Below the pieces are notes generated by a model. That model saw nothing but the letters and a program-made list of their open reading frames with translations, had not been told where the DNA came from and ran no database searches. 64,000 nucleotides of DNA, from positions 930,001 to 994,000 of the forward strand of contig JAQOWU010000003.1 of NCBI GenBank assembly GCA_030867685.1, in the 5' to 3' direction. Below, in pieces: positions 40,142 through 51,800 of this stretch. The stretch's first letter is position 1. Every line of letters begins with the position of its first letter. This DNA is from Wickerhamiella versatilis (lineage: Eukaryota). The position numbers and the translations under genes were made by a program.

Positions 40142-42316
40142 CTATAGATCCTCGTGTTGTATCGAATCTTCTAAAGACTCAGGTAATGCCATAATGTTAG
40201 CAACTAGAGCAGTCCAGCCCGTGAACCCTCTAGCTCCCTTAGCACCCAGGGTCATTCCATCATATTGCTCCCATACATAACTCGTTTTCTTCCATTGATT
40301 GTAGACATTGGAAACAACTGCAACTCGAAGCTTCGAATATGCATCCTTTGCACTAGCACGAATGCTGGAATCAGACGCTCTTTGGGCATAATATTGTAAG
40401 GCATCCAGGGTAAGCCAATTCATTTGAACCCAGATAGGGCCTCTCCAATAGTTTTCATCTGTGCCAAAGAAGGGATCATCCTTTGAAAGACTGCGAATAC
40501 CACCATCCGACCATAGCCGTGAAGGATTTGTGAGATCTGCAAGAAGGGCAGAAAGTTTACTTGTGTCCTTAGGATCGACAAGTTTGAGCATGAAAGGGAG
40601 ATGTGAAACGTACCCGATGTGACAAACATGTACATCTTCTTCATATTCATCGACCGTAACATCGCAATATGTTTTTGTTTCGTCACTCCAATGCAAGGCC
40701 ACTAAGTTGGTGACAACCTCTTCCCTGATATTTTTGTATTTCTCTGCTTCATCCTCCATATCCAGAGCTGACGCAACATCGGCCAGTGATTCTGCCATGG
40801 CACCAATCCAAGATAACAGATCTACATGAAGTTCTCCATCATTCGGATCGGAGGCTCTAGGGTAATCATCCATACCACTAGTTAAAACATGAGTTGGTGT
40901 CCTACCGCGCCATCGATAAGCTTCATCATACGGCGGGTGTCTATCATATTCAGCAAGTAGGCCCCGCTGGGTACGACGGAACCAGTCAAAGTGAGTTTGG
41001 AGCTTAGGCCAAAGGCTACTAAGATACTCACGATGGTCTGGTGCATGGGAAAGGTGAGCAAGTAGCATCACTGGTGTCGGTGGATTGGCATACAATGGGT
41101 TTTGAACCTGGAACTCATCTGGGACACGGGAACGACCCTCATTGCCGAGGATTTGCTCTCGTGCTATCCAGCCTTCCTCATCCATTGTATCAAACCAGGA
41201 GGTCAATATCTCAAGAATAAGGTCGGGATCATACTTGATGAGAGCTAAAAGATGGAAGCCTTCATCCCAGTAAAAACCTCGGGGGAAAAACGCGCGAGAG
41301 GGCGTTAGTGTGAACAATTCATGAGGGGGGGCAGTTCCTTCACCTACGAGCGAGTCGCCATAGAAATAACCAAGACCACCAAGTAGGTTACCTATGACCT
41401 CTGACGCAAATTCCTGATGTTCAACATCGTGAAAAGGTGCTTCCAATTTGAAAGCCTTCGAAAACTTCTCTGAGTTACTCTTCAATACACTAGCAGGCTT
41501 CTTCTTGGTACCGCCACCGTATCTTATCTTGAATTCAAAATCACCCTGGAATGTCTTTTGGAGAATGTGGAAATTACTGTCTTCATGCAAAACTACATTT
41601 GGAAGACCAAAAGCTGTCCAGGGAGGGATTTCTCTGTCGGTCATAAATCGTTGTTTGATTTCTTCAAAACGGCCCTGGATGAGAGCGATATATATGTCTT
41701 GACCTTGCCATGAATGTTCCTCGGGAATTTTAAGTCCTGTGTAACGAGTGAAACTTGATGGAAACGTGTCAGCCAGTTCATGATCGGATTTTGGATGTAG
41801 ACCAGTTCCCTCTGTAACATCTATTTTGAAGCTTCCAAGCTCTTTACTTTTTCCTCTAAGCGTCAAGTCACTCTTGACACCCTCCGGAGACAGCCCACCT
41901 TCTAGCTCGAGCGATCCTTCGCTCTGCAAAGAAAAATACAAAGGTAACGTTAAGACTCCCCCTGGTGGTTGTGCCCCTGATACCGTGAGATCCCAGCTAG
42001 ATCCATCTGTAGATTTGACAAAATCGAGAGTTAGGTTGACGTGGTTCTTATCATCAATAATTACCTGACGCCCACCTACGCGTGGATCGAAACTCGTCCA
42101 GCTAAATTTTTTGACCTCATCGTTGTTGGTAACGTCGTGTCGTATACTTTGAATTCCGAGTAGATCGTCACTCCGATACCACATCAGCCCACTTATAAGG
42201 GATTTAGGCAGACGTGGTCTGATTCCCATATAGACATTTGGTCGATAGGGTCCCCATAGCAAATTATCTGCTGTAACACAAACAGCAAACAGTAGCCAGG
42301 CCTCAAGCCACATCAT
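40142..42316 (-). CDS. CWH41: ER processing alpha-glucosidase I (GH63)
   Basis: LLWGPYRPNVYMG, PSRAFFPRGFYWDEGFH, SGMDDYPR, YWRGPIW, FTGWT; signal peptide; C-terminal HEDL. Confidence 0.95.
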   Translation of the reverse strand: MMWLEAWLLFAVCVTADNLLWGPYRPNVYMGIRPRLPKSLISGLMWYRSDDLLGIQSIRHDVTNNDEVKKFSWTSFDPRVGGRQVIIDDKNHVNLTLDFVKSTDGSSWDLTVSGAQPPGGVLTLPLYFSLQSEGSLELEGGLSPEGVKSDLTLRGKSKELGSFKIDVTEGTGLHPKSDHELADTFPSSFTRYTGLKIPEEHSWQGQDIYIALIQGRFEEIKQRFMTDREIPPWTAFGLPNVVLHEDSNFHILQKTFQGDFEFKIRYGGGTKKKPASVLKSNSEKFSKAFKLEAPFHDVEHQEFASEVIGNLLGGLGYFYGDSLVGEGTAPPHELFTLTPSRAFFPRGFYWDEGFHLLALIKYDPDLILEILTSWFDTMDEEGWIAREQILGNEGRSRVPDEFQVQNPLYANPPTPVMLLAHLSHAPDHREYLSSLWPKLQTHFDWFRRTQRGLLAEYDRHPPYDEAYRWRGRTPTHVLTSGMDDYPRASDPNDGELHVDLLSWIGAMAESLADVASALDMEDEAEKYKNIREEVVTNLVALHWSDETKTYCDVTVDEYEEDVHVCHIGYVSHLPFMLKLVDPKDTSKLSALLADLTNPSRLWSDGGIRSLSKDDPFFGTDENYWRGPIWVQMNWLTLDALQYYAQRASDSSIRASAKDAYSKLRVAVVSNVYNQWKKTSYVWEQYDGMTLGAKGARGFTGWTALVANIMALPESLEDSIQHEDL

Positions 42317-42638
42317 GCGTCAGCTTACACAGCTAGCGATGTCGAATGTCCTATATGGCTTGCTTTGACTTACACGTGTCCGGCAATAAGCTTTTATATG
42401 TATGAATATATTTAGCTATATGGTCCTTTGATCGTACAAGCCATGGACAGAACTAAACTATTCTAGATTGTTACTCCAAACATCATACTCTCCTAAGCCA
42501 AAGATTATAATGCTTCTGGAAGATGCTGCTGGATAGCACAAAGAAGTCTAAGATGTGGGAACTATCAAGAAGTATAAGAAACAGCAGCCCATCTACAGCC
42601 TGCGTTAATCTTGTCGAACAGTCCACAAGTGACTCAGC

Positions 42639-44324
42639 ATGACGCAGTACTTTTCGCGGGCAGCCAAAAGCTTGGCTATTCGCCAAGGACCGCCGGTGTA
42701 TGAGACACTTGAGAACTTTTCAGCACCTTCGGAACCGTGCAAGTTTGCAGGATATAGTCCGGATGGGTCTGTGTTTGCATACAGCACGGCTGAGAAAACT
42801 TTAGTTGTAGACCCAGAAACTGGCACTGTGAGATGTGAGTTGCCTATTTCTGCGGCAGACTTCTACTTCTCGCCACTTGGTACGAATATAGTGACCTGGG
42901 TGCGTCCCACCAAGGATGCGGCCTCAGGTAACTGGAATCCAAACCTCGTTGTTTGGTCCACCAAGTCGGGTGAAAAGTTGGGTGAGTTTGTCCAGAAATC
43001 ACAAGGCTCGTTCAAAGGAGGCTGGCATGTCCAGTATACTGCTGATGAAAAGTTCGTGGTGCGTCAGGCAAACCCAAAGGAGTTGGTAGTATCTGATACA
43101 CCTGGTGGGCCCGCCAAGGCCAAACTGCACATCCCTGATGGGATTGCAGAGTTCAGTGTTTCACATGGCCAGAACCCCAGTGTTGCAGTGTTTATTTTGG
43201 GAGTAAAGGGCAAGCCGGGTTCGGTACGCATCTATCGCCTGCCAACGTTGAATCATCCTGTAGCTCAGAGAACGCTGTTCAAGGCTGAGAGTGTTCAACT
43301 GCTCTGGAATGTGCTAGGTACATCTCTTCTAGTTGTTGCATCTACTGATGTTGATCAAACAGGCAAGTCTTACTATGGAGAATCGACTTTGTACCTTCTC
43401 ACGTCAAATTCTGGCAGTGATCAAAGAATAATGCTCGACCGGGAAGGTCCCGTTTTGGATGTAACCTGGAGCCCTGAGGGTGATGAGTTTGGCGTTGTAT
43501 ATGGACACATGCCATCGAAAACGACTTTTTTCAATGGTCGTGGGGCGGTAGTTCATGAGCTAGGTCTCGAACCACGTAACACCCTCAAGTACTCACCGCA
43601 CGGAAGATTTGTGGCTGTGGCTGGCTTTGGAAACCTAAGAGGTCTCATGGATATATATGACCGGCAAACGGGATGGTCCAAACTTGCGACCATCCAAGCT
43701 TCCAATACCACAACATATGACTGGAGTCCTGATGGCCGTGTAATGCTTACCGCGACCACCTCACCACGTTTACGTGTTGATAACGGAATTAAGTTGTGGC
43801 ATGTCTCTGGAAAACTTCTGTATACCCACGATGATACGGAACTCTACACAGTAGCCTGGAGACCGCAAAGTATTCCATACAAGGCAGAGCCTTGCCCAAC
43901 TCCCCATTCGTCTGCTGCCGACAAAGCTGTTGAAGTAGCGGCCAAACCAAAGGGTGCTTATCGGCCCCCGCATGCCCGGAGTTCAGGTACATCTGCGCAG
44001 CAGCAGTCCTTGTACCAGCGGTCTCTGGCAAATGCTGGTACGACTTCGCAGGATATCTCGAAGTCAGCTCTGAAAAACAAGAAGCGTGCCGCTGGTGCCG
44101 GCACTGGCACAAATACAGGGCAGGGCCCCTCTCAGCCCCAGGCTTTGTCTAATGCCACTTCAGAGGAAAAGCAAATCAGGTCTTTGGTGAAGAAGCTGCG
44201 TGCTATACAGGAGCTTAAGGATCGAAAATCCGGCGGTGATAAGCTGGAAGTAACGCAGCTCCAGAAAATTGAGACCGAAAAGGATGTGCTTAAGAAACTA
44301 GAAGCTCTCGGATGGCAGGGCTGA
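42639..44324 (+). CDS. Translation initiation factor eIF2A
   Basis: DVDQTGKSYYGE, AGFGNL, ATTSPRLRVDNGIKLW, GAYRPPHAR. Confidence 0.93.
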   Translation: MTQYFSRAAKSLAIRQGPPVYETLENFSAPSEPCKFAGYSPDGSVFAYSTAEKTLVVDPETGTVRCELPISAADFYFSPLGTNIVTWVRPTKDAASGNWNPNLVVWSTKSGEKLGEFVQKSQGSFKGGWHVQYTADEKFVVRQANPKELVVSDTPGGPAKAKLHIPDGIAEFSVSHGQNPSVAVFILGVKGKPGSVRIYRLPTLNHPVAQRTLFKAESVQLLWNVLGTSLLVVASTDVDQTGKSYYGESTLYLLTSNSGSDQRIMLDREGPVLDVTWSPEGDEFGVVYGHMPSKTTFFNGRGAVVHELGLEPRNTLKYSPHGRFVAVAGFGNLRGLMDIYDRQTGWSKLATIQASNTTTYDWSPDGRVMLTATTSPRLRVDNGIKLWHVSGKLLYTHDDTELYTVAWRPQSIPYKAEPCPTPHSSAADKAVEVAAKPKGAYRPPHARSSGTSAQQQSLYQRSLANAGTTSQDISKSALKNKKRAAGAGTGTNTGQGPSQPQALSNATSEEKQIRSLVKKLRAIQELKDRKSGGDKLEVTQLQKIETEKDVLKKLEALGWQG

Positions 44325-44476
44325 ATTGGGCGCTGGCTGTGCTGGTGTTCATATGTAGCATAGAGACTTTAAACTTTTTTTACTTAAGAAGAGCCTTCAG
44401 GTATAACTTATCATAGCTACTCGTCACGCGACATTAAGATTCTCTCCGCGAGTCACACGCTGTTTAATTGAATGTC

Positions 44477-44490
44477 GCGAAAAACGCGTC
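44477..44490. promoter_or_regulatory. Adjacent SCB-like (CGCGAAA) and MCB (ACGCGT) G1/S elements
   Basis: cgcgaaaaacgcgt in the long intergenic region upstream of the GPI protein gene. Confidence 0.45.
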
Positions 44491-45055
44491 TGAAATTATT
44501 TATTAGCTAACGGTCCCCGCAATATTTATAGCGTTCTCAGATGAGCTGGCCAGATGGGTAAAAATTCTTGAAAAAAAGAGTATTTAAATGCTAATTTTTT
44601 TTATTTTGTTCTATTTGAGACTCACATATACTGGATACGTAGGATGCAGGCAGCTGGATTCCTACCGAACCGCGATCTCTCCGGATGATTAATGATGTTC
44701 GTCTTCATCGACGATTCATCACACTGGAATTCCTATTTGTCATATTTTTTCTCATCGATAGCCAAGAGATAACGGTATTTCTGGGTTTTTTCTAGTTACC
44801 AGGTTGTAATAACTTGGCATCTATGCTTTCTGGAAAAAACTTTTGCTGGACTTTTTATCAAAGAAATATACCACCTACTCATTTCTCATAGCCATCATTG
44901 CCCGGGCGTATCTTCACACCTTACCCTAGTGATCAGAGCTTCGTGCATTCCGGTATGCGGCTTGACGGAATGTGAATGTGATTTGTCAAGGGTACTATTA
45001 GCTATATAAACATTGATAGATTCACCACCTCTACCTACACACGCTCTCTTTGCAA

Positions 45056-45313
45056 ATGTTCTTCCCAGTCGTTGTCCTGTCCGCTCTTTCTGCTGCCCTT
45101 GCTGGCAACGCCACCACTGTCACTGGCACCATCATCTCCTCTATTGAGGACTGCTCTTGCACTGAGACCCCAACTGCCGCTCCCGTTGCTGGCAACAGCT
45201 CTGTGCCTGTCGGTGTCCCATCGACCTCCGCCCCTGCTCTTGCCAACGGTGCCGCCGTCAAGGGCGCTGCCGCTGTCGCCGGTGTTGCCGCTGTCGGTGC
45301 TTACTTGCTCTAA
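45056..45313 (+). CDS. Small GPI-anchored cell wall protein (Ccw12/Pga59-like architecture)
   Basis: Signal peptide, S/T/P-rich core, NGA omega site, hydrophobic tail; strong codon bias; TATAAA near 45006. Confidence 0.85.
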   Translation: MFFPVVVLSALSAALAGNATTVTGTIISSIEDCSCTETPTAAPVAGNSSVPVGVPSTSAPALANGAAVKGAAAVAGVAAVGAYLL

Positions 45314-45505
45314 TCAGTTTAAACAAAATCGGCAATTTAGCGCTAGTTCAGTAATATTGATATAGGGACTCCTGGTTTATTTTAACTTTTATATTTTAAA
45401 TCTTAATTTGTGGCTTTTGATCGGTATTCACGAGCGGCTTTGGGTTAAACTCGCTGCTGACTTAGGTAGTGGTCACCCTTTGCCTTAGGGGACAGAAGAA
45501 TAGGA

Positions 45506-47125
45506 ATGCTGTCATTCGAGAAGCGGCGCCCCAAGCCCGCTGAGGTTGCTGTGATGTTTGGAGTATTTGTGGTCTTGCTCCTCGTAGTAGTGGCCTTCGG
45601 GCCTTCAGCTCCAAGTGACGTTATCACAAATTATTGTCCTCAGGTGGCAGCCTTGTCGCCGCCTAAGGGTTTTGCAAACTCCAGCATGTTTTTCGATGAG
45701 ACGTACGTACAGAAATCCCTTCGCAGACTCCAGGGTGCGGTGCAAATCCCAACTCAGTCATACGACGACCTGGATGATGATCCCACCAAGGATCCTCGGT
45801 TTGAAATCTTTAAGAATATGACCCAGTATCTTTTTACCACATTTCCACTAACGGCGAAATATGTAGAGACCGTCAATACGTATGGTCTCCTCTATACAGT
45901 CCCGGGCTCCGATTCCAGTTTGAAGCCAGCTGTGCTTATGGCCCACACGGACGTAGTGCCAGTCAATGAAGAGACCATTGATGATTGGGATTATCCACCC
46001 TTCTCAGCTGCGTTTGATGGCGAATGGGTTTATGGTCGTGGTGCGGCCGACACAAAGAACTCCCTGATCGCTGAATTGGAGGCGGTGGAGGAACTCTTGT
46101 CTCAGGGCTGGTCACCAAGACGAACGCTTATCCTGTCATTTGGCTTTGATGAGGAGGTTAGTGGGAAAAGAGGAGCAAAAGAGCTTGTCAAGACTCTCCT
46201 CGGGCGATATGGCCCCGACTCTCTCGAGGTGATCATAGATGAAGGTTTTGGAATGCCCGAAATGTATGGAGGACGAGTTGCGATTCCGTTGGTTGGTGAG
46301 AAAGGTGCTGCGCACATCGGCATCACTATTAAGACACAAGGAGGTCATTCCTCAATGCCACCACCCCATACTGCAATCGGTATCATGTCGCGTCTTATTC
46401 GCAAACTTGAGGCTGAACCATTCCCACCCACCCTGTTAGAGTCGAACCCGGTCGTGGGATTGTATCGGTGTTTGGCTGAGCATGCGCCTCGCATGCAACA
46501 AGAATTCAGAAGAGACGTTCTGAATCTAAATGATAAAGATCACCGTGACAATTTCATTTCCACACTTGATGCAGATCGAGAGCAGCGCTATATGATTCGT
46601 ACATCACAAGCAGTGGACATCATCGAGGGCGGTGTGAAAGTTAATGCACTTCCTGAGGTGGTATCGGCTGTTGTCGATCATCGCATAGTGGTCGACTCCT
46701 CACCAGAGGCGGTACTCGAACGTGCAGAGGAGTATGTAATTGACATAGCGCGCCTCTTCGACTTTGGTGTGGTGTCTGATGGTGAGGAATTGCTCGCAGA
46801 AACGCGGAATGGTCTTTTCAATGTCACAATGACACAGTTTTTTGAGCCACCGCCTTTGAGCCCACACTCAGGTGACGTATGGGATACTATTGCAGGAACC
46901 GTTCGCAACATTTTTGGCAATGATACGATTGTTGCTCCTGGTGTATTTCCGGCAAATACAGATGCCAGGCATTATTGGCCATTGACGAGACATGCCTACC
47001 GGTTTGTTCCCTCGTTCAAGGAAGACATGGAAAATCAGCACACCGTCAATGAGCGTTTACGGTTCAGGTCTCATTTGTTTGCTCTGCAGTGGTTTTATGA
47101 ATATATTTTGAACGTCACCTTTTAA
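45506..47125 (+). CDS. CPS1: Vacuolar carboxypeptidase S (M20)
   Basis: N-terminal TM segment; LMAHTDVVP, YGRGAADTK, GFDEE, GGHSS, GGVKVNALPE, HTVNE. Confidence 0.9.
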   Translation: MLSFEKRRPKPAEVAVMFGVFVVLLLVVVAFGPSAPSDVITNYCPQVAALSPPKGFANSSMFFDETYVQKSLRRLQGAVQIPTQSYDDLDDDPTKDPRFEIFKNMTQYLFTTFPLTAKYVETVNTYGLLYTVPGSDSSLKPAVLMAHTDVVPVNEETIDDWDYPPFSAAFDGEWVYGRGAADTKNSLIAELEAVEELLSQGWSPRRTLILSFGFDEEVSGKRGAKELVKTLLGRYGPDSLEVIIDEGFGMPEMYGGRVAIPLVGEKGAAHIGITIKTQGGHSSMPPPHTAIGIMSRLIRKLEAEPFPPTLLESNPVVGLYRCLAEHAPRMQQEFRRDVLNLNDKDHRDNFISTLDADREQRYMIRTSQAVDIIEGGVKVNALPEVVSAVVDHRIVVDSSPEAVLERAEEYVIDIARLFDFGVVSDGEELLAETRNGLFNVTMTQFFEPPPLSPHSGDVWDTIAGTVRNIFGNDTIVAPGVFPANTDARHYWPLTRHAYRFVPSFKEDMENQHTVNERLRFRSHLFALQWFYEYILNVTF

Positions 47126-47269
47126 ATGTGCTGAATGTCCTAGTGTTCACTAGTCTAGCGGGTATTCCCGTAAGTAATATAATTAAAGAAACAACGTAAC
47201 ATAATAAGACTCCAGCTAACTGCAACCTTGCATTTTTACAGAGGTGCAATTTCCATTATTGACGCTTAC

Positions 47270-48001
47270 ATGGACAATGCTTACATGGACAGAACGGCCT
47301 GGCTCTGTGGCAACGTGCTAAAAAACGCTTCATTAATAGTCCTCAATCAACCAATCAAGAACGGACTAATATTTGCCAGAGCCTGGGATTCTTGTTCATA
47401 CCACGTAGTAACAGATGGTGCTGCAAACAGACTCCGTGATATACCTCAGTCAGAAAAATACGTCCCAGATCTGGCTGTAGGAGACTTTGATTCTATAAAC
47501 CCGGAAACCAGAGCATATTATAAGGGAATGAATGTCGAATTTACCACTGATAAGAGCGTAGATGCTACAGACTTTATGAAAGCCATGAAAGCCATTACAG
47601 TGCGCTGTCCAAAAAATGAAATCTATTTAGCATTTGGTGCAATTGGTGGACGTGTAGACCATTCGTGGCACTCGTATTTGTGTCTTGGTCGTGCTGCGAA
47701 AGATGGAAAGAGTCTCATCCTGGTAAGCGATGAAAATATAACTTTTCTGATTCCTCCAGGAGCTCATACGGTAATGACACCAATGGATGTTGTAGGAGAT
47801 ACATGCGGGTATGCACCGTTTAGTGGGGCTGCCCATGTAACCACTAAAGGCTTCATGTATGATGTGACCGATTGGGAGTGTTCTTTCGATACGCAGTTAA
47901 GCACATCTAATCTACTTGTTGGAGATTCGGTATGGATTAAGACAGATCGTCCATTGATATTCACAATGGAGTTGCGATCACAGTTTAAAGGAAGCAATTA
48001 A
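47270..48001 (+). CDS. THI80: Thiamine pyrophosphokinase
   Basis: LNQPI, DGAANRL, GDFDSI, TDFMKA, GGRVDH, LSTSN. Start 47270 or 47285. Confidence 0.9.
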   Translation: MDNAYMDRTAWLCGNVLKNASLIVLNQPIKNGLIFARAWDSCSYHVVTDGAANRLRDIPQSEKYVPDLAVGDFDSINPETRAYYKGMNVEFTTDKSVDATDFMKAMKAITVRCPKNEIYLAFGAIGGRVDHSWHSYLCLGRAAKDGKSLILVSDENITFLIPPGAHTVMTPMDVVGDTCGYAPFSGAAHVTTKGFMYDVTDWECSFDTQLSTSNLLVGDSVWIKTDRPLIFTMELRSQFKGSN

Positions 48002-48061
48002 ATGCTAAGATTTTGCTGACAAGATTACTAAGATTGTTTGTTACCAGCACACGACCGTGGA

Positions 48062-48661
48062 ATGCACATTTACTACATTGGTGTCGTGAAGACTGGTGGG
48101 GATGGAACTGAACTGGCGCGCGCAAAGGATATGAGCAGCTTTAGTTTCTTTGAGCGTAGCTCTGTCGACCAGTTTATGAGTTTTTTTGCTAACACAGTGG
48201 CGACACGCACTAAGGCTGGCGAGCGGCAATCAATAGAGGAGGGTAATTACATTGGCCATGTATATGCAAGGACTGAAGGAGTCGCGGGTGTCATCATTGC
48301 AGATAAGGAGTACCCCACCCGCGTTGCATTCTCTGTATTAAACAAGGTACTGGACGAATACCTTGCAGCGCATCCAAAGTCAGACTGGATTAATGCCACA
48401 CAGCCCACAGCTGCTACTAGCTTTACGCCACTCGACGAATACCTTAAGCGCTATCAGGACCCTCATGCTGCTGATCCTCTTCTCAAAGTCCAGCGGGAGC
48501 TTGATGACACCAAGATTGTCCTACACAAGACAATAGAGAGTGTACTCCAGCGGGGTGAAAAGCTTGATACTCTTGTTGACAAGAGCGAAGCATTGAGCTC
48601 TTCATCGCGTATGTTTTACAAGCAGGCCAAGCGTACAAACTCCTGCTGCATTATCTGCTAA
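48062..48661 (+). CDS. YKT6: Prenylated longin R-SNARE
   Basis: [27 protein letters not shown]-terminal CCIIC. Confidence 0.96.
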   Translation: MHIYYIGVVKTGGDGTELARAKDMSSFSFFERSSVDQFMSFFANTVATRTKAGERQSIEEGNYIGHVYARTEGVAGVIIADKEYPTRVAFSVLNKVLDEYLAAHPKSDWINATQPTAATSFTPLDEYLKRYQDPHAADPLLKVQRELDDTKIVLHKTIESVLQRGEKLDTLVDKSEALSSSSRMFYKQAKRTNSCCIIC

Positions 48662-48882
48662 TTTTTTTGTATAGGCCTGGCCGTGTTTTGAGTTCCACCA
48701 CCCTCTATGAACTGGCTTAGCATATTATTTTTTTTGCAGCTTCATCTACTTTTCTAATTCCTCACTGAGGGCAGAGTTATATTTAGCTAGAATTATTTGT
48801 TGCAACGGAAGTCTCGTCATGGTTTTCGCGTTGTATATTTCTATAATTAAAGAATATACTAGAGGAATGAGCGAGGAAGTGA

Positions 48883-51800
48883 CTACTTAAGAGAAAGGGC
48901 TTGCTTTTGGCGCGTCATGAATTCATAGAAAGCAAATTGGTTTGCTTTTATGCCGTGCTCATAGACGTATCTTCCACTTAGATATGATGCGAATACTGCC
49001 CGCAAGTAGGCTTCAGGCACTTGTTTCGTAATTTTGTGGATTCCCAGCTCAGTAACAAGTACGTGGGGTAATGCACGGCAAAGTATGCCATTCCTAAAAG
49101 CTTCATCATCCCAGAGGTTGGAATTCACGATTTCGTCACCCAGTCGGTTAATTGAAATGCTAAGTGTGTCAGATAGGATAGAACGTGGCTCACCAGTGAG
49201 ATTGGTGTCACGCCAGATCGCCTCAAATTCCAGCCTCGCATTTTCACAAATGCGCTCTTTTACTTCGTTCACATATGTACGATAGAATTCAGGGGGTTCA
49301 TTACCATGCACGCACATGTTTTCAAAGAAACCTTGATCATCAAAGGCCAATGATGCCAATACTTCCAGTGAGCTAGAGGTCACACCACCTTTGTTAGCTG
49401 ATGCATCCTTAAAAACAATACATCCAGCTTTTTCCAATGACAACTTAGCAGTCTGGGTTATGAAAAGATTGGCACCTTCAACGATGAATGATATAAGGCT
49501 TTTACCACCGTCGATAAGCTCTCCAACATTTGAAATATCAATTGCAGCAGGACGACCACCACACGGGACAAACAAATCAATACTGTGGAGTTTGGCTGCG
49601 CTCAGATGATATGTGTTGCGGAATGTCACCCCCGAATCAACATGCAACCCATTGGGCAACGTACGGTTCTGCTCATCGACTAGGACACGATAGCCCTCAT
49701 CTGATAGCTTGGAAGTATCATAATGGGATATCATTACACGCTCTTTTGCTAAACGACGCAGCTCAGACTTGTCGAGTCCCTTAGGATCAGCGATCACACC
49801 GCTACCATCGACTATAGCAATATATATTTCATTTTCGGTGCTCAAAAGAATCTCGTTAGACCCAAGATCACCATCTGGACCACCTGTCTGCAGTTTGCGT
49901 ACTGTTCCGGTCTTCAATTTTCGGTATATTCCTAGAACATACTCGCGTACAGATAGTGAAGTCATACCATAGACATCATGCGGGATACCACCAACCTTAG
50001 GCGATTTACCAGTGAAGAATGATTTCCACCAAGGAGCACCACGAGATTTAGCGTGCCATGTCGCCCAGTCGACTAACCCTGCAGTATTTTCATCAGGTCC
50101 CATGAAGAGTATTTCTTCTTTCCCGTACAGATCAACAATTGCCTCCTTAATTCCAGGGGTTTGTCCAGGAATCAATATATCGATTATGGCGTCAATATAT
50201 TTCTCGAATGCTTGAGTTGCAAGATGCTGCGAATCTTCATTGAGTAGAATTACTCCTTTAGAACCACCTTCAGGTATGTCCTTGTTTTTGCGTTGCTGGG
50301 TATTTGCGAGGTTATAATTCTCGTCAAACAACGAACGCGCATTTGCAGACCAAACCTCATGATTTCGAGATTTCACAATTCTAATTCCACCACGCGCCAC
50401 ATCTCGGAACCGCAGGTGAAAGCCTCTAAACTCTTGTCCCACTACAAGGAACATGCCGTAAAGAGGATCCGGGTACTCTGTTGTGGGAAGGAATTTTGGT
50501 TCGAGTCTGAAACTTAGGGCGGTCTTCGTGGGAGTGAAGAAGTTTGTCTTCATAATGTTCTCATTGAAAACCAGAAGTGCGTCAAGCACCACTTTTTCGT
50601 GTTCATCTTGGGCTTTCTGCTTGATCAACGAAAAGAGATCGCCTGGGTTATAAGCCCGGCTGTACCAAGACTGGTCTGCTGCATCACGGTTCCCTTGCAC
50701 ATAATGGATTTGAACAAAGTGCTTGTAAAGTTCATGAAGTACGTCGACACGTGAGGTCATTAATTCAAAGATAAATTCGCGGGTAAATGTTTCACCACGA
50801 AGTCTCTGCTTTAAGCGGTTCATGAGCTCAAAGTTGGACGACTTGGACATGTCCAATGCATCCCTCAAGGCTTCATACTCAGGCCCAAGTCTGTTGAGAA
50901 AATGGCTGACGAAAATTAATCCACAATGCGCATATATAGCTTCTTGCAGAGAAAGTTCACCTCGTCGAAGATGTTCCGAAAACTCTGATTGTGGGACGCT
51001 ATACAACAGTGAAATTTCATTGTAGACCTGATAGATCGCTTGTTTAAACGATGACGAATGTTTTCGAAATGGGGCGGGTTTCAGATACACACCTATTACT
51101 GTAAAACCATTAGCAAACTGTTCAACGTACTTTCGCGAACTTGTCAAGCCATAATAATGATAAAGATGGGACAGGGCAGAAAAGAATTTGGGACTGCTCT
51201 GCTGACGGTATGCAATGACAAGCCTAGCTTCATCCTCGCCTTCAACTTCATAAAGTTCCGAAATTGGTCCCATGCGGTTAGCAGCTTTATGAATGAGGTT
51301 TTGATAGAGTTGTTTCGTGTGGGATGAGGCCCGGTGCCAGAAAGCTCTGTTAGAAATCTTTTCAAGATTAACTTCATCTGCAGAAACTTTTTGTGGGAAA
51401 TCGCATTGCCAGACGAAATAGCATCGGAGTTGTCGGTGATCGTTAGGACGGTCCATGACATCTTGACAACGGAAAGTCTCCAGACGGTAGGCTTTGTCCA
51501 GATTCGAAGAACTCAAGTATTTCGAATCAATGAGATCTTCGAAGTGATTGCGGCCAGTAGTATTCGACTCTCCAGGTATGCTGAGGTCTAAGAAAACAGC
51601 GTGATCGCTCAAGATTCTTTGAAAGCGAAGGTCCCACTCATTTTCTGGCAGAGAGTCTGCATTTACCTTTGCACTGTAAAGTGATAGGATGTAAGATGCA
51701 ATATTCTCAACGCTATCATAAGCGAAATAAGATTCATCAATTCCTAGAGAATTATAGAACCATTCAACTTCATGCGCAATTCGATCAATTGGGATCAGAT

